Assembly: GCF_001949145.1 (NCBI RefSeq)
Contig: NW_019091360.1
Location: 1,919,599-1,983,598 of the forward strand
Direction: 5' to 3'
DNA length: 64,000 bases
From: Acanthaster planci
Lineage: Eukaryota
Shown here: one piece after another, positions 1 through 12,000 of the stretch
Layout: each line of letters begins with the position of its first letter
Position numbering within the stretch: the first letter of the stretch is position 1
The notes under the pieces: model-generated
What the model was told of the DNA's origin: nothing
What the model saw: only the letters and a program-made list of their open reading frames with translations
The model's database searches: none
Position numbers and translations under genes: made by a program

Positions 1-2972
1 ATTATAAATCGTACTTTCAATCGTAATTTCAGTCTTTCTAAATTTCAGTCTTAATTTGATGTTTATTGATGTCAAAAACAATTTCCAAGGCTATCACAGT
101 ATTGGCTGCCAAGGCTGTTAGACTCCAAAACGTTTGAACCCTTTCAAGGAACCAGGTCAGACAGCCTCGCAGTGTAGGTTAGATTTCTTAAGCTGTACTG
201 TCTTTTTCCTGGTTTCCAGTTAACCAACTGGACGTTTGGCAACCCTTTTGACGCCACCAAAAGGCATTTCAAGCTTGTTTGCCGATCCGGGACTGCCTGA
301 GACCCTCATCCAAGATAGATTGACATGTGTAAAAACTCAAGGTCGGTCTTCAAGTCACTTGTGAGTGGCTTCAAGGTCTCTGCTCCGGATTGCGACGTCC
401 AGTAGGCCTAAGTCCTGAAATCTCTCATTCATTTGGAACGCTTCCGTCCACCGTTAAAGCGCCTGCATCCATGGTGTGGCTATAAGGAGAACAGGTGTCA
501 GGGTCAATTCCTCAGGTGATGGAAAAAAACAAGCCCGAAAATTGTGGATAACTTCGCAAGATTTGCGGGTCCTTGCGTGCGAGAAAGATGCGCGTGTACT
601 GTAAACAGCTTCGTGCCTTCAGCGCATGACCCGACAACATTGTAGCCAAGCTGTCCGCACCAGACCACCCCGGATCAGTACGTCGGATAGCCGGTCATTG
701 CCACTTACAGCCAAGGTCGGCCGGCCGGTGGGCCCATAAAGGGTAGGCCATGACCAAAGGCTTGGGGGGGAGCAGGGTTGAAGAAATGGGGACGGGTAGG
801 GAGGGGAGGTTCAATTTAATACACAGAGGGCATTTTACCCGGCAAAGATATAGTCGAAGATGAGGATAACACGTTCAGCGAATGGGATTTCAAGATGCAA
901 CAGGATTGCAGAAGTTTGTTCGTTAAATAATAATAAGTACATGAAAACACACAGTCCCTGGTCCGAAAGGGTTGGACAGTATTTTGAAGTGCAGTTATTT
1001 GGGTTGAATCGCTTCAAAATAGATGACTGAGAAATCAGTGTCTGTTTATGATAATTTGTGAGGGAAGCGGAGACGACAGTTTATTATGCCATCTGACAAA
1101 TTTTTGTCTCATTCGGAGAATTAGCTTAAATGTTGCATATGAAAACCTAGCCTTGCTAAATTCCACTTTGCAACGAATGTAACAGAAAACGTGAATGACA
1201 GAAGCACCGCAAAAATTAATGCTTGCTACTAAGGTATAGGTTTCTCTGGCTTTCTCTGTCTGTTTTTAATTCAGTTTTTTTACATCATTCTTGGAGCAGA
1301 GCGCGCATCCCACCTCTTTTTTCTCACCACGATGAAGCGGTCATTGGCACGGAAACCTTGCCTCACTGCGCGCGCCGCGATACCAAAATCCATATTCATC
1401 TTCTTTCACTGTATACGAGCCCAAAATCGACAATTCCTCTTCAAGATGCCCCGGGTGGAAGGGTTCGTCTCATCGGGGCGACACGGCGAGCCCGAGTGTA
1501 ATAGCTGCAGTGTAATAAGGGGCTGCTGGGGCCCTGCTTCCGGTAGCACCTCGGCGGGCATTGCCCCAGAACTCCCCCGGGCCAGGACTGACCCTGACTC
1601 CCGCTCGTCAGCCGACCAACAACGCCGTGCCTTCAATGTCATTAATAACGACTCGGGACAAAACCTGAGCTGATTTTTTTTATTCGACTCCCTCTGCAAT
1701 AGACTGATTGGCTGTGCCGTCCGTACCATACCTTTCATGTTGTTATTGATAACCCGTAAGACGAAGCAACAATTTGGGGTCAAAAGGATGTGCTGACAAG
1801 ACAAAAGAGGTAACAATATGCATCTAACTAATTTTATCTTGGTTATATTGGTTGGAAAGTGAAGAAAATTGGCGATATTTTATGTCTACTGTTTCCTGGC
1901 CATACATCCCCCCTTAATTTTTGGGGCGGAATGTGCTTCTATGGAAAGATTTTTGGCCTAAAAACTCTTTAGGGTGAAACTCTCTAGGGTGGCACTAAAT
2001 ATTCCACAAGGCCAAACACAATCTTTTTGGGAAATTGCATTGAACTTAAAAGTCGTCTTTATTTTCTGGTAATCAGTTGTACATTACTCAAAACAACTGA
2101 ATATTTAGACACGACATTCCCAACAAAAGAAAGAGCATGCTTTCAAAGACACAACAATGCATTAAGCTTACTTTGGATTTTATGCGATTTTTAGGAGTTC
2201 ACATGAACAATGAACCGGTGAAACGTTTCATGCAGGTAAGTTAGGCTTTAGGCACATTTTGAAGCTCATTTACGGTTGACTTCAAATTTGTCTTAAAACC
2301 TCATGACCTTGCGTTACCCATGTTCATTTTCGTCTTTAGTCATTTATTTTTGCACTTTGTTCAAACACTCTCATACAGGTTATCATATTTTTTTGGTGAA
2401 AGAGAATTCAAGTTTGTCGTCAACAATTGCCAAACGTACGATTTGAAGAAGCAATGTTGTCATTGTGGTATTATCTTGTGTAAATTTTCATTTAGTAGAA
2501 GAAATAAAGTCTACTGGTAGACAAATGAAATGTATACTTTCCATTTCATGCAAGAAATAAGTAGGCCTGTATTTCTAAGAAACAAATTTATGTCTGTCAG
2601 AAACAATCAATGTAATTTTTCTTCCTTTCCTTTGGGCTGGTTATTCAATCTTCAGTTTCTCGTCTTGTAACATTCCAAATACGTCTGTGAATGCATTTAA
2701 TTGAAACATTTTGAAATCAAAACTGATTCAGTTGTTTATCGGGTGAGTCAAACTTCACTGAAATCTAAGGACATCGAATGGATGAATGTTGAGAAAGATC
2801 ATTGATTATTTGGACTATTGCTTATTATGTGATTAAATACTCATCACGGCAGTTGTGCGTACTATTCTTCTCGACACGAAATTTAAACGTTTGTCAGGTC
2901 AAAAACTGGGCTTGGATTTTATCCCGGTTTGCAGTTCCGTCGACCTACCCTCCTGAACTACATTGAGCTGAC

Positions 2973-3187
2973 TAAAGGCGCTTTTCCATAATATGTGCGT
3001 TTTTGGGGTGCTTTGCGTACACGATGCGTTCATGCGTTTCACTTTCACGGACACGAAAATCGATTCCATTCGTAATAAAACACACGTGTGCGTTGCGTTT
3101 GGCCGTCAAAATCGCCGCTGGAGTGATTTTGACGGATACGCAACGCTTGGCGCAAGTGTTGACGTGCGTTATGGAAAGACTCCTTTA
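2973..3187. mobile_element. PIF/Harbinger-like MITE (non-autonomous DNA transposon)
   Basis: Terminal inverted repeats gactaaaggcgcttttccataa (2970-2991) and ttatggaaagactcctttagtc (3169-3190) match at 19/22. Flanked by TAA (2973-2975) and TTA (3185-3187), the TWA-type target of Harbinger. Internal hairpin gcgttgcgt..ccgtcaaaatc / gattttgacgg..acgcaacgc at 3090-3146. Confidence 0.65.
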
Positions 3188-6100
3188 GTCGGGAGACGCG
3201 ATATATTCGTTTTAAAGTTTGAAGGCCAGACCCAGGTCTGTACTTAAACCGTTTGCCCTGTTGATGGAGCGGTCTACTTGGCCTGTTGCTGAGTGAACAA
3301 AAACCAACAAAGTTAATGTTTTATGGAGACATGAACAACACTAACCCAACGCGACAGTTAATTTATATTATATGTCAATACATATGAGACTAACACGCCT
3401 TTAACCCACAGTTAATGTTTCAAATGACTTTCTAATGGTCGAGCATAATTTTTAGTTTACTTAAAAATCACCACCCAAACAAAATCCGCATTACTTCACA
3501 TCCTGCGGAGTCTTCTTCACCAGGCGATCAGTAAAGGAAACCCAGGAGTCTGAAATAGTACAAAGAAAATGGGAAAACTCCTCCTCGGTTTTACCGAAAT
3601 TGCAGCACACAGCTTTTACCTTCGCACAGGCAAACGGCGTAGATTACTGTTAACTGTGTTTTTTGCTCCTTTTATTCAATTTAAGAACTGTTAATGTTTT
3701 AACTTATTGAGTTAAGTTTCTTCATTTGATTAATCAATCAATGTGCTTCGAAATCATTTCCTTGCTCAAAATAGGCCTAAGAGGCCGTATCGCATTTTCA
3801 AATGTTGTTTGACGCTTTTGTATATTATTGTTGAAATCTTTGCATTTTCACCACTGTTGTCAGTGATTTTAATTTTAAAAATAAGGCCAAAATGGATGCA
3901 AATATAGTCCTTTTCTTTTTGGCGACTTGTTAAGACCAGTTTTCTCATGGCAGTGGGAAAGAAAACAGCACAACAGCACAGGAGACAAACAGACAGGAAG
4001 GGAACCTAAATTCTCTGGGGGGTCAAAAGTCACGTCCGACTCCGGAGGAACTTAATCCACCGGCTCCCCGGCTGTTGGGCTTGGTTGTATCGGTCATTGC
4101 TCCCCGCGGGTCGCCTGGTCCGATGGCTTTCCAATTCCCGCTCTCACGGTTAAGGAGCCGTAATGAAGCCGTGACAGCTATTTAGCGAAAGTGGAAGTGA
4201 CAGTCGGTCTGCCGGTGTTCCTAAATTCGCGAACCAGTCTTGATATTTTTTACAATCCTTTGAGTTAGTTTTGAAAAAAAAAGCAACAAAAAAGAAAAGA
4301 AAGTCGCAACAGGATTCTGGAAGCTGTGCGTGTTTGTGAAAGTCTTTGTGTTATATGCTTTGGCATGACGTGATGTTCTGTATAACCTTTTGTTTGTGAG
4401 ATGGAAATGTTCCAATAGTTATAACCTTGAACATACCTAGCATCAGTCTGCCTACAGGCAAAAATGACCTGGCCATGGTTTAGCACTCGTAACCCGCTGA
4501 CCCGAAGCAGTCCTGCTGATAGGCAGCCACTCCCCGTCGGGTAATGTTGCGCAAACATACCGGACAATCACGTCTGGCCTCCGACTCGCATCATCACACC
4601 TACGCTACGAATACATCACCGACCGCAATTCCTGGTGATCAAACCGAAATGGTCCCAGCCTGTATATTCCCATGTGAATTCATTCAGGCATAAAAAGCAC
4701 ATGACGTTGCCTGAACCCCCGGGGTGTGTTGAAATTTTTTTTTGTCAACTCACTAAGATCATGGTAGATTTTGAACTTAAATCGAACGATCGAAACGGAC
4801 TGGCCAGGTCGCCTGTTCTCATGGTGAAATAACCACACCAGTCACCGTGGTAACAGGTCCAACATCTAAACATTACACAAATAGGCCTACGCTATGGTTT
4901 TCTGGCCGGTCAAAATTTCCTTTCACCGTCTTAATTATAAAAGGCCTAATCCTATGTGGAACCGGTCATAGAAATCTCTTTGTCGGAAGTACAGTGGGTC
5001 TCGCAATTTTTAAAAACAAGTGTGGTCGCGACTGTAATTCCGGTGTAATGGATTACTGAAGCAATCAACCTTAGAAGGCATTGACCGGCAAAGGGCTCAA
5101 GTGAACGGCCCATGTGCCGGCGAACGGCCCGCTAGGGACTCCCGTTGAGTTGTCAACAGGTTTATGTGCGTCGGATTAGAGGTCTACATGCGTTGCGAGT
5201 TGTGACGACTTTCCTCCATTCGCCCCCTTTACATTGTTTTTCAGTGATGTTTTCCCACGTTATAAAGGTAACTTTCGACTCACAGGAGTCTCATGTGTGA
5301 GAACGATACTAACTGTACATTATATCAATGTGACTTGTCAGTGTTGGTATTCCTCTGTATCTATCCTCATTCGCTGCTACAATTCTAAAATGGTCTTTTG
5401 GACGGTGATTTCTTTCAGCCAAACTTGTGAATATAAACTTTTAAAAGGGCACTATTGCGGCTTGTTTAAATTAGATTGTGTGGTCAGTGTCAGAGGACGT
5501 GCTCAAGGAGAAGAAATTCATTGCAAAATATCCACGACAGGAAAAAGACAGTCGTGGTTCGGCCTACTACGGCCGATACACCCCCTCCTCTGTCAACTTT
5601 CCAAGGTGTGCTCGGAATTAGTTTCAGATTTCCTATGTTTGGACATCGGCAGCACTTGGTGCCCCTCGTTAGCCCGTCAATTGACGGCCTCACTCCGCGG
5701 TCCGGCTTGTTTAGGAGCTGCACCCCCTAAACCAAACCCTCATCAACCCTTGTTGATACAAACTCCGTGTCCCCACGCGCAGTGTAGTGTACCGTAATCA
5801 CTTGTTGGTGACTGCGTTGGGCCCCGACGACTGATCCATGTGCTTAAAATAAAACGGAAAGACGTGAAGGAGCACAGCCTATTTAGCAAGTTCTGTGTCT
5901 CCTGAAACGTTTTATCCACACATTGTGTGTCATGATTTGTGTATGATTATAGCCGTGGGTATTACACTTGTTTCGGTGGACACTCAAGTTTCGAAAATGC
6001 GTGATGGACACCACTCCAGAAAAGGCCCCTAAATACTGACCAAGTGAGCAAGATTGGAAGTAGCTGAGATGGTGAGCACGCTTTGAGCATGACGCGCAGC

Positions 6101-6240
6101 GCGGTCTTAGGTTTGACGCGCCGTGCATTTCGCTCCCGTTGGATGAACACTCAAGTTGCGCGTTAACTTCTGGTTCATGGTTCCATGTAAATCTATGTGC
6201 AGTGAGCTCGGTTTAAACGAAAGTGGCGTCACACTTGAAC

Positions 6241-6317
6241 CGGATACTGTTTGAAAGGATGCGCATGCGCAGGTCATACGTGCACGTAGGACCTGCGCAA
6301 AGTGGAAGCCGTATCCG
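6241..6317. repeat. Near-perfect 34-bp palindrome with outer inverted arms, possibly the centre of a decayed palindromic MITE
   Basis: tgcgcaggtcatacgtgcacgtaggacctgcgca (6266-6299) is self-complementary with one mismatch. Outer arms are cggatac (6241-6247) and gtatccg (6311-6317). Confidence 0.7.
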
Positions 6318-7325
6318 AATCGCTTTGCTGCTTGATATTGCCGATAATTATGTGGGACGTGGCTGCAGCCAAAACCATAGAATTGTGTGTATTTTCATTC
6401 CGGTTTCTTAATTCATTCAATCGATTAACTCTGCACCCGAGAGTCCAGGCTGTGGTCGTATGACACACATGTGTGCGGAAAGTGGATGCCAACGATGGAC
6501 AGCAGCCAGTGACTTCCATACGCGGTCATTCCATACGCATATGTAGGTGCTGAAATTGCAGAGCCAATTGAGGTTTCCGGAATGACACCACACATTTGCT
6601 GATAAATATACAAATTTACATGAGTATAAAACCCAGGAAGGTTCCAAAGTGTCCAAAATAAGGAACAAAAATTCAGTTGAGCTAGATACGAAAGCCAATT
6701 TAGAAGGACTGTATTGGGAACACATTGCATGGACCCCTTCAGTAACTAAAGAGTGTCTTTTGGCTAAAATGGTTTACTATGCACCACTCCTAAATGCGAT
6801 TAAGGTCCAAAATGGAGACGAAACATGTATTCAAGTGAACGCATGCGTCAATCAATCAACATTCACGTTTAAGGTGGGTTGCTGGTAGCTGATTGGACAT
6901 GGCGGTAGTCTATAAGACTAACCCGACAACGTGAATTGGACGCCATTACTCCACAATGTGGTGCGCGTGCTTTACAGGCCTCTCTGACCAGTGGGTGTCC
7001 TGATAAATGCACGCGCGCGTTAAGTTGAAGCACGCGCACGAGAGTGTGACACCACCGCGATTATGGCGTCTCATCGGATTATTGCACCCTTTTCGTCAAC
7101 TTCTTTCGGAAGAGACACTCAGTTCCCTGTGGTCACAAAGTCGTGCGATGTGCCTCATTGGAGTCTGCTGATCGATTTTGCAATCATGGTTGCTGAAAAT
7201 TTGATCTTTTTTTGTCAGTTGTGTCACACAGTGCTGTGTGATGCAGTAAAGACAGGAGAACTCAGTGGCTGTTCAAATGTCAAATGAAAATGGTCTCTTA
7301 AGTGTGTGCCGTCTGACAGTGGACA

Positions 7326-7711
7326 ATAGACCTGAAACATAATGACGTAACGCATTGTTTACCGTGGTGTATTGTGGGTGAAAGGTGGGGACGACATAAC
7401 ACACACTATTGCTAGAACACCGTGCATACGGAAACTTTTCAAAAAGATCCTGAGATTGAGAAGGCCTGATTTTATTTTCCAAATGGTTCGTGTTAACTGT
7501 TGTGTTCCGTTGTGTGTATCAAGTACACGGCGAACGCCAGAGCTGCATTTCTTCAAGCTTCCACACGATACTGCAAGTTCGCTCCGTCTGAAGTCGCGCA
7601 AAGGCCCGCATGACCAACAATCGTGTCCGCCATCTTTGATTTCTATCCCCGTTTTCCACCCACAATGCACTGCGGTAAACATTGCGCTACGTCATTATGC
7701 TTTGGGTCTCT
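7326..7711. mobile_element. Internally deleted TIR DNA transposon carrying a THAP-domain remnant (ISL2EU/Harbinger-related or P/Kolobok-like; family uncertain)
   Basis: Imperfect TIRs of about 65 bp. Left: agacctgaaacataatgacgtaacgcattgtttaccgtggtgtattgtgggtgaaaggtgggga. Reverse complement of right end: agacccaaagcataatgacgtagcgcaatgtttaccgcagtgcattgtgggtggaaaacgggga. A THAP-like peptide lies inside. Confidence 0.8.
7483..7569 (+). pseudogene. Truncated THAP zinc-finger N-terminus (transposon-derived)
   Basis: ATG at 7483 reads MVRVNCCVPLCVSSTRRTPELHFFKLPHD, matching the THAP start pattern M-x-CxVxxC-x(9-12)-FxxP-x-D. The downstream W, CxxHF and AVPT motifs are absent. Confidence 0.65.
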
Positions 7712-8651
7712 TAAAGGTAATGTTTTGCAGCAATTTCCAATCATCAACGTTTCACTCTCAAAGGTGAGGTTTTGCACCCTGAACACCTTTTGCTACATAA
7801 TAAACGTTCTTAGTCTTTGTAGCATTCTCGTGAAATCGTTGCGTTGCAAATTATTCTCGGGTACTTTCGAGTGCATGTTCTTTGGGAGTCAGGAAACCGC
7901 TCAAGAACGATCTGCTTGTTATCGTAATCCATACGACACCCGGTGATTTTCCATAGTCTTCCTAGTTATCACACTACAACCAAGACCAAAATGTTGTCTA
8001 TACATACCGCCATTTTGTTTCATATGCCTGGGTGTGGTGAGGGGTAGGGGGGTCTTGCTTCCCTGAAAATGGAAAAGGGGGGGACGACAAGAAAAAGCGA
8101 AGGAACTGAGGGGGGTGACATTGGCCAAGTTACTTGCAAATACATCGGCAGTGATCCGTTCCACACTTAACCGTTTGTCAGTTTCCTGCGGATGAGTTTG
8201 CCCCTCCTCCTAGGAAAAATCATGGCAATGACGTCCATGGTCACATGGTAAGTAAATTGTGAGGGTTAACAATGACAGGGAACGCTGCTTAACGGTAATG
8301 AGTTGTTCTACGTTCTCTGTCGGGCACCATAAAACAGTCGTCATGATGTTTATTACGGGGGGGACACTCAACTCTTCCAACCGCCCAATCCTAACCGCCA
8401 ACAAATCCCATGACATGAGACCTGCAGCGTGTTTTTCGTGCCCCCTTCCCCACTCGCCTCTGGCAGAGATCTTCGGTGAAGATTTTGGACCCGTTCCTCC
8501 GGACAGCAATTAATCTAAATTGGTCTGGGGCTGTCCGGCAGTCCCGCTATGACCTAAATTTAGACGACCCCCTCGCACTAAGCGATCGCGAAAAGCGAAT
8601 ATCCAGCCTCTGTTTTCCGTAACCGGTTTACCGATTAACAGATCCCTACAT

Positions 8652-9014
8652 CATGGGCGTATAAATCCCCGGAAGCTATGGGGGTATATGTCGCCCACGT
8701 TTTGGTTGGGGATGGGATAATGAGTCATCCTCCCACACATTTTTTTGTAGTGAGCAAAACATCAAAGCGGATTGTGAAGAATTTTTCAGATTTCCAACGA
8801 CTAAATGTATTCAATATCACTTGAAAAGGGGAAAAACAAGTTAAATAGCCACAAATATGCCATTCTGAATACATATTACAGATATACATCAATATCATTA
8901 ACATCATCTTCTGTAGAGTAATATGGTGTCAATTTTCATGGCTGGGCAAGTCATCCTCCTACCTTTACCTGCCCCCACCCCACCCCCAATTTCCGGCAGA
9001 TATTTACGCCACTG
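8652..9014 (+). mobile_element. hAT-like MITE, copy 1 (same family as 36581-36971)
   Basis: Termini catgggcgta...tttacgccactg. Collinear blocks shared with 36581-36971 include ggggtatatgtc, gggatggg, gattgt.aagaattttt, atattacagatatacatc, ggcaagtcatcc and cccaatttccggc. Possible decayed 8-bp TSD ccctacat/acgtacac (5/8). Confidence 0.75.
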
Positions 9015-12000
9015 ACGTACACTGACAGACCACACAATGGAATCTCCCATCTCGTGTCGAAAGTTTTAGATTGTGGGAATCATATTGCAATCTCCATAAG
9101 GAAGAGGATGTGAGTGTCCAGTATACAGACGCCTTAGAAGTTTGAATTTTTGTAACATGGCTTATGATTTTACACAAAAGCGAAATAGAACAAAAACAAG
9201 CAATTTATTCAAATGAGATTTTACCTGTTTCAATCCTGTGTGCCAAACTAATTTAGTAAAAGTATCGAACATGTTAAGAACATTTTCATAAGATTCTCGT
9301 CCTCCTTGTACAAACAACTCCTCGGTAAAACCAAACAAAATCAACGAGAATCAGCCGATTATTGTCTGCATTATGGTTTCATGCTTAACCCAAACCATAC
9401 GTTTATGAAGCGTTTTCTTAAAAGATACCTCATTTGGATTATCTTCAATGACGGTCTCTTTTTGAGACAACCTCTTTCCCCAACTGAAAAATAAAAACTC
9501 GACGTGCACCTGGTTGCTGTTGTTTGCACACTCATTATCACAATTGAAATCATCATTACTGAGGAATTGGTAGATCGGGTTGGACACCATTTTAGATTAT
9601 ACGTTCTACTTTCTTTTACGCGAGTTCCTTTCTTTAGTTGTTGTTACCTAATCTTGAAGACGAATGATCAGCGGACATGATTTTTTGCACTAACTTCACA
9701 TCTGTGTAGGTTTAGTGCAACTTCTGACGTCATGTAAAAAAGACTGGCTGAATGGCTTACCATTCATTGGACTGCGTGGAAGAGAGCGGCGCCTTCAATG
9801 TACCCGCATCGAGCGTTGTTCATGAGCTGAGGTCGTCTGGATTCCGCCCCTCATTTCAGTGTGAAACATCTTGATCAACAGGGTTTGTTTCCCGTCAACT
9901 CTCCTCTTATTATCCTTCTGCAAAAGTTAATTCCTTCCTCGAAGCGAGTTAGCCGACTCTCTCCCCCTTGAGGTCCAAAAACACCACCGCGGGGGGATCA
10001 CGCCTCCCCGCCAGTCAAGACGCGGCCCGATGATGGACGGACGCTTGGGGGCGCCCCGCCCAAGGGGGTCAAAGGGCCCGTGATTACCCGGAAAGAAAAT
10101 CCATCATTTCCGCTGTTAACATTCCTAGGAATGATTTTGACCATCTTGCGTTTGATTGGGAAGGGAATAAATTAAAGAGATTTTTGAAAGGGGAATTCGC
10201 GATTCACTTAATGGGTTGGAGATAGCGAACGGTATCTGAGAGTTGTTTACAAGAACTCTGATATCTGTTTATCTACAAACAATTTCCAATATAGTTGGAT
10301 GAAAAACTTTACGTCATGTGTTTTGGGAATTCCTCAGTTTCTATATATATAAAACGGCAGTATTTGTACACGAACATTCAGTTTTTATGCTCCTTTCTCA
10401 AATTGAATATTGAGATCACATCAACAAGTATGACAACATACCGTGGTCCAAATTCTGATTTTTTTTCCGGAAGTGGTCCAAAAAGGACATCATTGTAAAA
10501 AGAAAAGAACCAATGGAGCGACTGAGCCGTTCCTGAATTTCGTAATTATTTAGTTTGGTTGTTTCCTTCCTTCGTGTTTCCAAAAAAAATTCCCAGTCAG
10601 AGCTTAGTTCACCTGTTGACGACTGACATGAGAGGGGACTTAGGCCTGCGAATCAGTGAATCACCCGGACCAGCTGCTGTGGCGTTCCGCAGGCTTGTTT
10701 GTTGGGTTTTGGTATTAGCACATGTACAGCCGCTCCTTCGCTGACGGCAGGAACATTTTTCGCGCCCGTCAACAACTGTTTTATGTTTCAAGACGGCATC
10801 CGGGAAGACTGAAATTGCAGGTATATTGTCCAAAAGAAAAAAGAAAAGAAAGTAGATGCACGAGAAATAATTATGGTGCATAGGTAGTCAGGGTCAATTA
10901 TGCAACTCGTGGTGTGTTTGTCTGAATAACGTTCATTTTCTAAAAATCGTAATCCACCTTTTCTGAGGGCGTGACGTCTTTCCTGATATCCTTCGCCTCC
11001 TTTTCCCTGTTGACCCGATTTCGTTGTCCTTCCTATCGTCACCTTTACGTGTTACATCAGAGTTGAGTTCAGTCACACTTTGGTCAAGTATTGCTGTTAC
11101 GAGAAATGATGAAAACAGAAGTCCTCATACATGGCAATGACCCTGTCTGGATAAACTCTGAACCGCTGATCGTAATGATTCCAACGTGTCATAGTTTTGT
11201 GGACCCATTTTCCCTAGAATTCATTGTAAAGCTTCGCTAGCTCACCCACGAACAAGTCTACTTCTAAAGGCCCTCCCTTACCAAAGGCTGGCGGTAAGAG
11301 TTTTTCAGTAGTTGACGTTTTCAAAAAAAAAAGAACGATATCTGTTTACATGTTTTACACACTTAAAAAATATGTAAGATACTTTCGCTTGAAATTATTA
11401 GACGATATCGCAAAAGCTAAAAAGGTCAAGTGTTAACGCCCTTGCAGTTTTTAGTGACTAAGAAACGGATCTAGGGGAAAGTGATTATACCAACGCTTCA
11501 AATCATTTCAGTTTTCATTATGTCGATGAAGAGGAAAACTTGTTTGGTCGTTGAGGGCTGCAATTAACCTGCGTGAATTTCTTGGCCAGTTCCCAAAAGA
11601 AGTTCGGACGCCTTCCGACTCAACAGCTACGTGAAATGTTTAATGTACGTCTGCCAAGCATGGTCCCAACATTACTAAATTATTGAGTTATAGATACGAT
11701 TACTTACTGTTTCGAACTGTTAGGGACTGAAAATTCAAACAGAAAGAACTAGTTCGAAAAATCGCTTCTTTCAATTTTCTTGAAATTTTGGAGGGCATTT
11801 CGGGGATCTTGTCAAAATGGAAAGTGTCAGGAAATGACTTTTGAACTGAGGAGTGAGAACGACTCATAACCACCTTCACTTAACTAGTAGAGTTATACAG
11901 CCCCTTAATCTTGTTTATAACGTGCAGAGATGACCCAGTCTTTGACAAGTCATCTGAATTGTCCCCTTGCTATTTTTATTTGGTTACTGAAGCAAAATGG

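Noticed and set aside
5234..5797. Longest ORF (187 aa) as a gene
   Set aside because: Non-ATG start, no recognisable domain and random-like composition. A length like this can arise by chance in 64 kb.
6586..6888. About 100-codon open frame (HHTFADKY...KVGCW) as a gene or transposase relic
   Set aside because: No recognisable domain or splice boundaries. It would need a tBLASTn or HMM hit to be supported.
11846..11872. Other CTGANGA motifs as hammerheads (e.g. 11847, 38297, 45480, 54368)
   Set aside because: They lack a correctly placed GAAA box or stem II.
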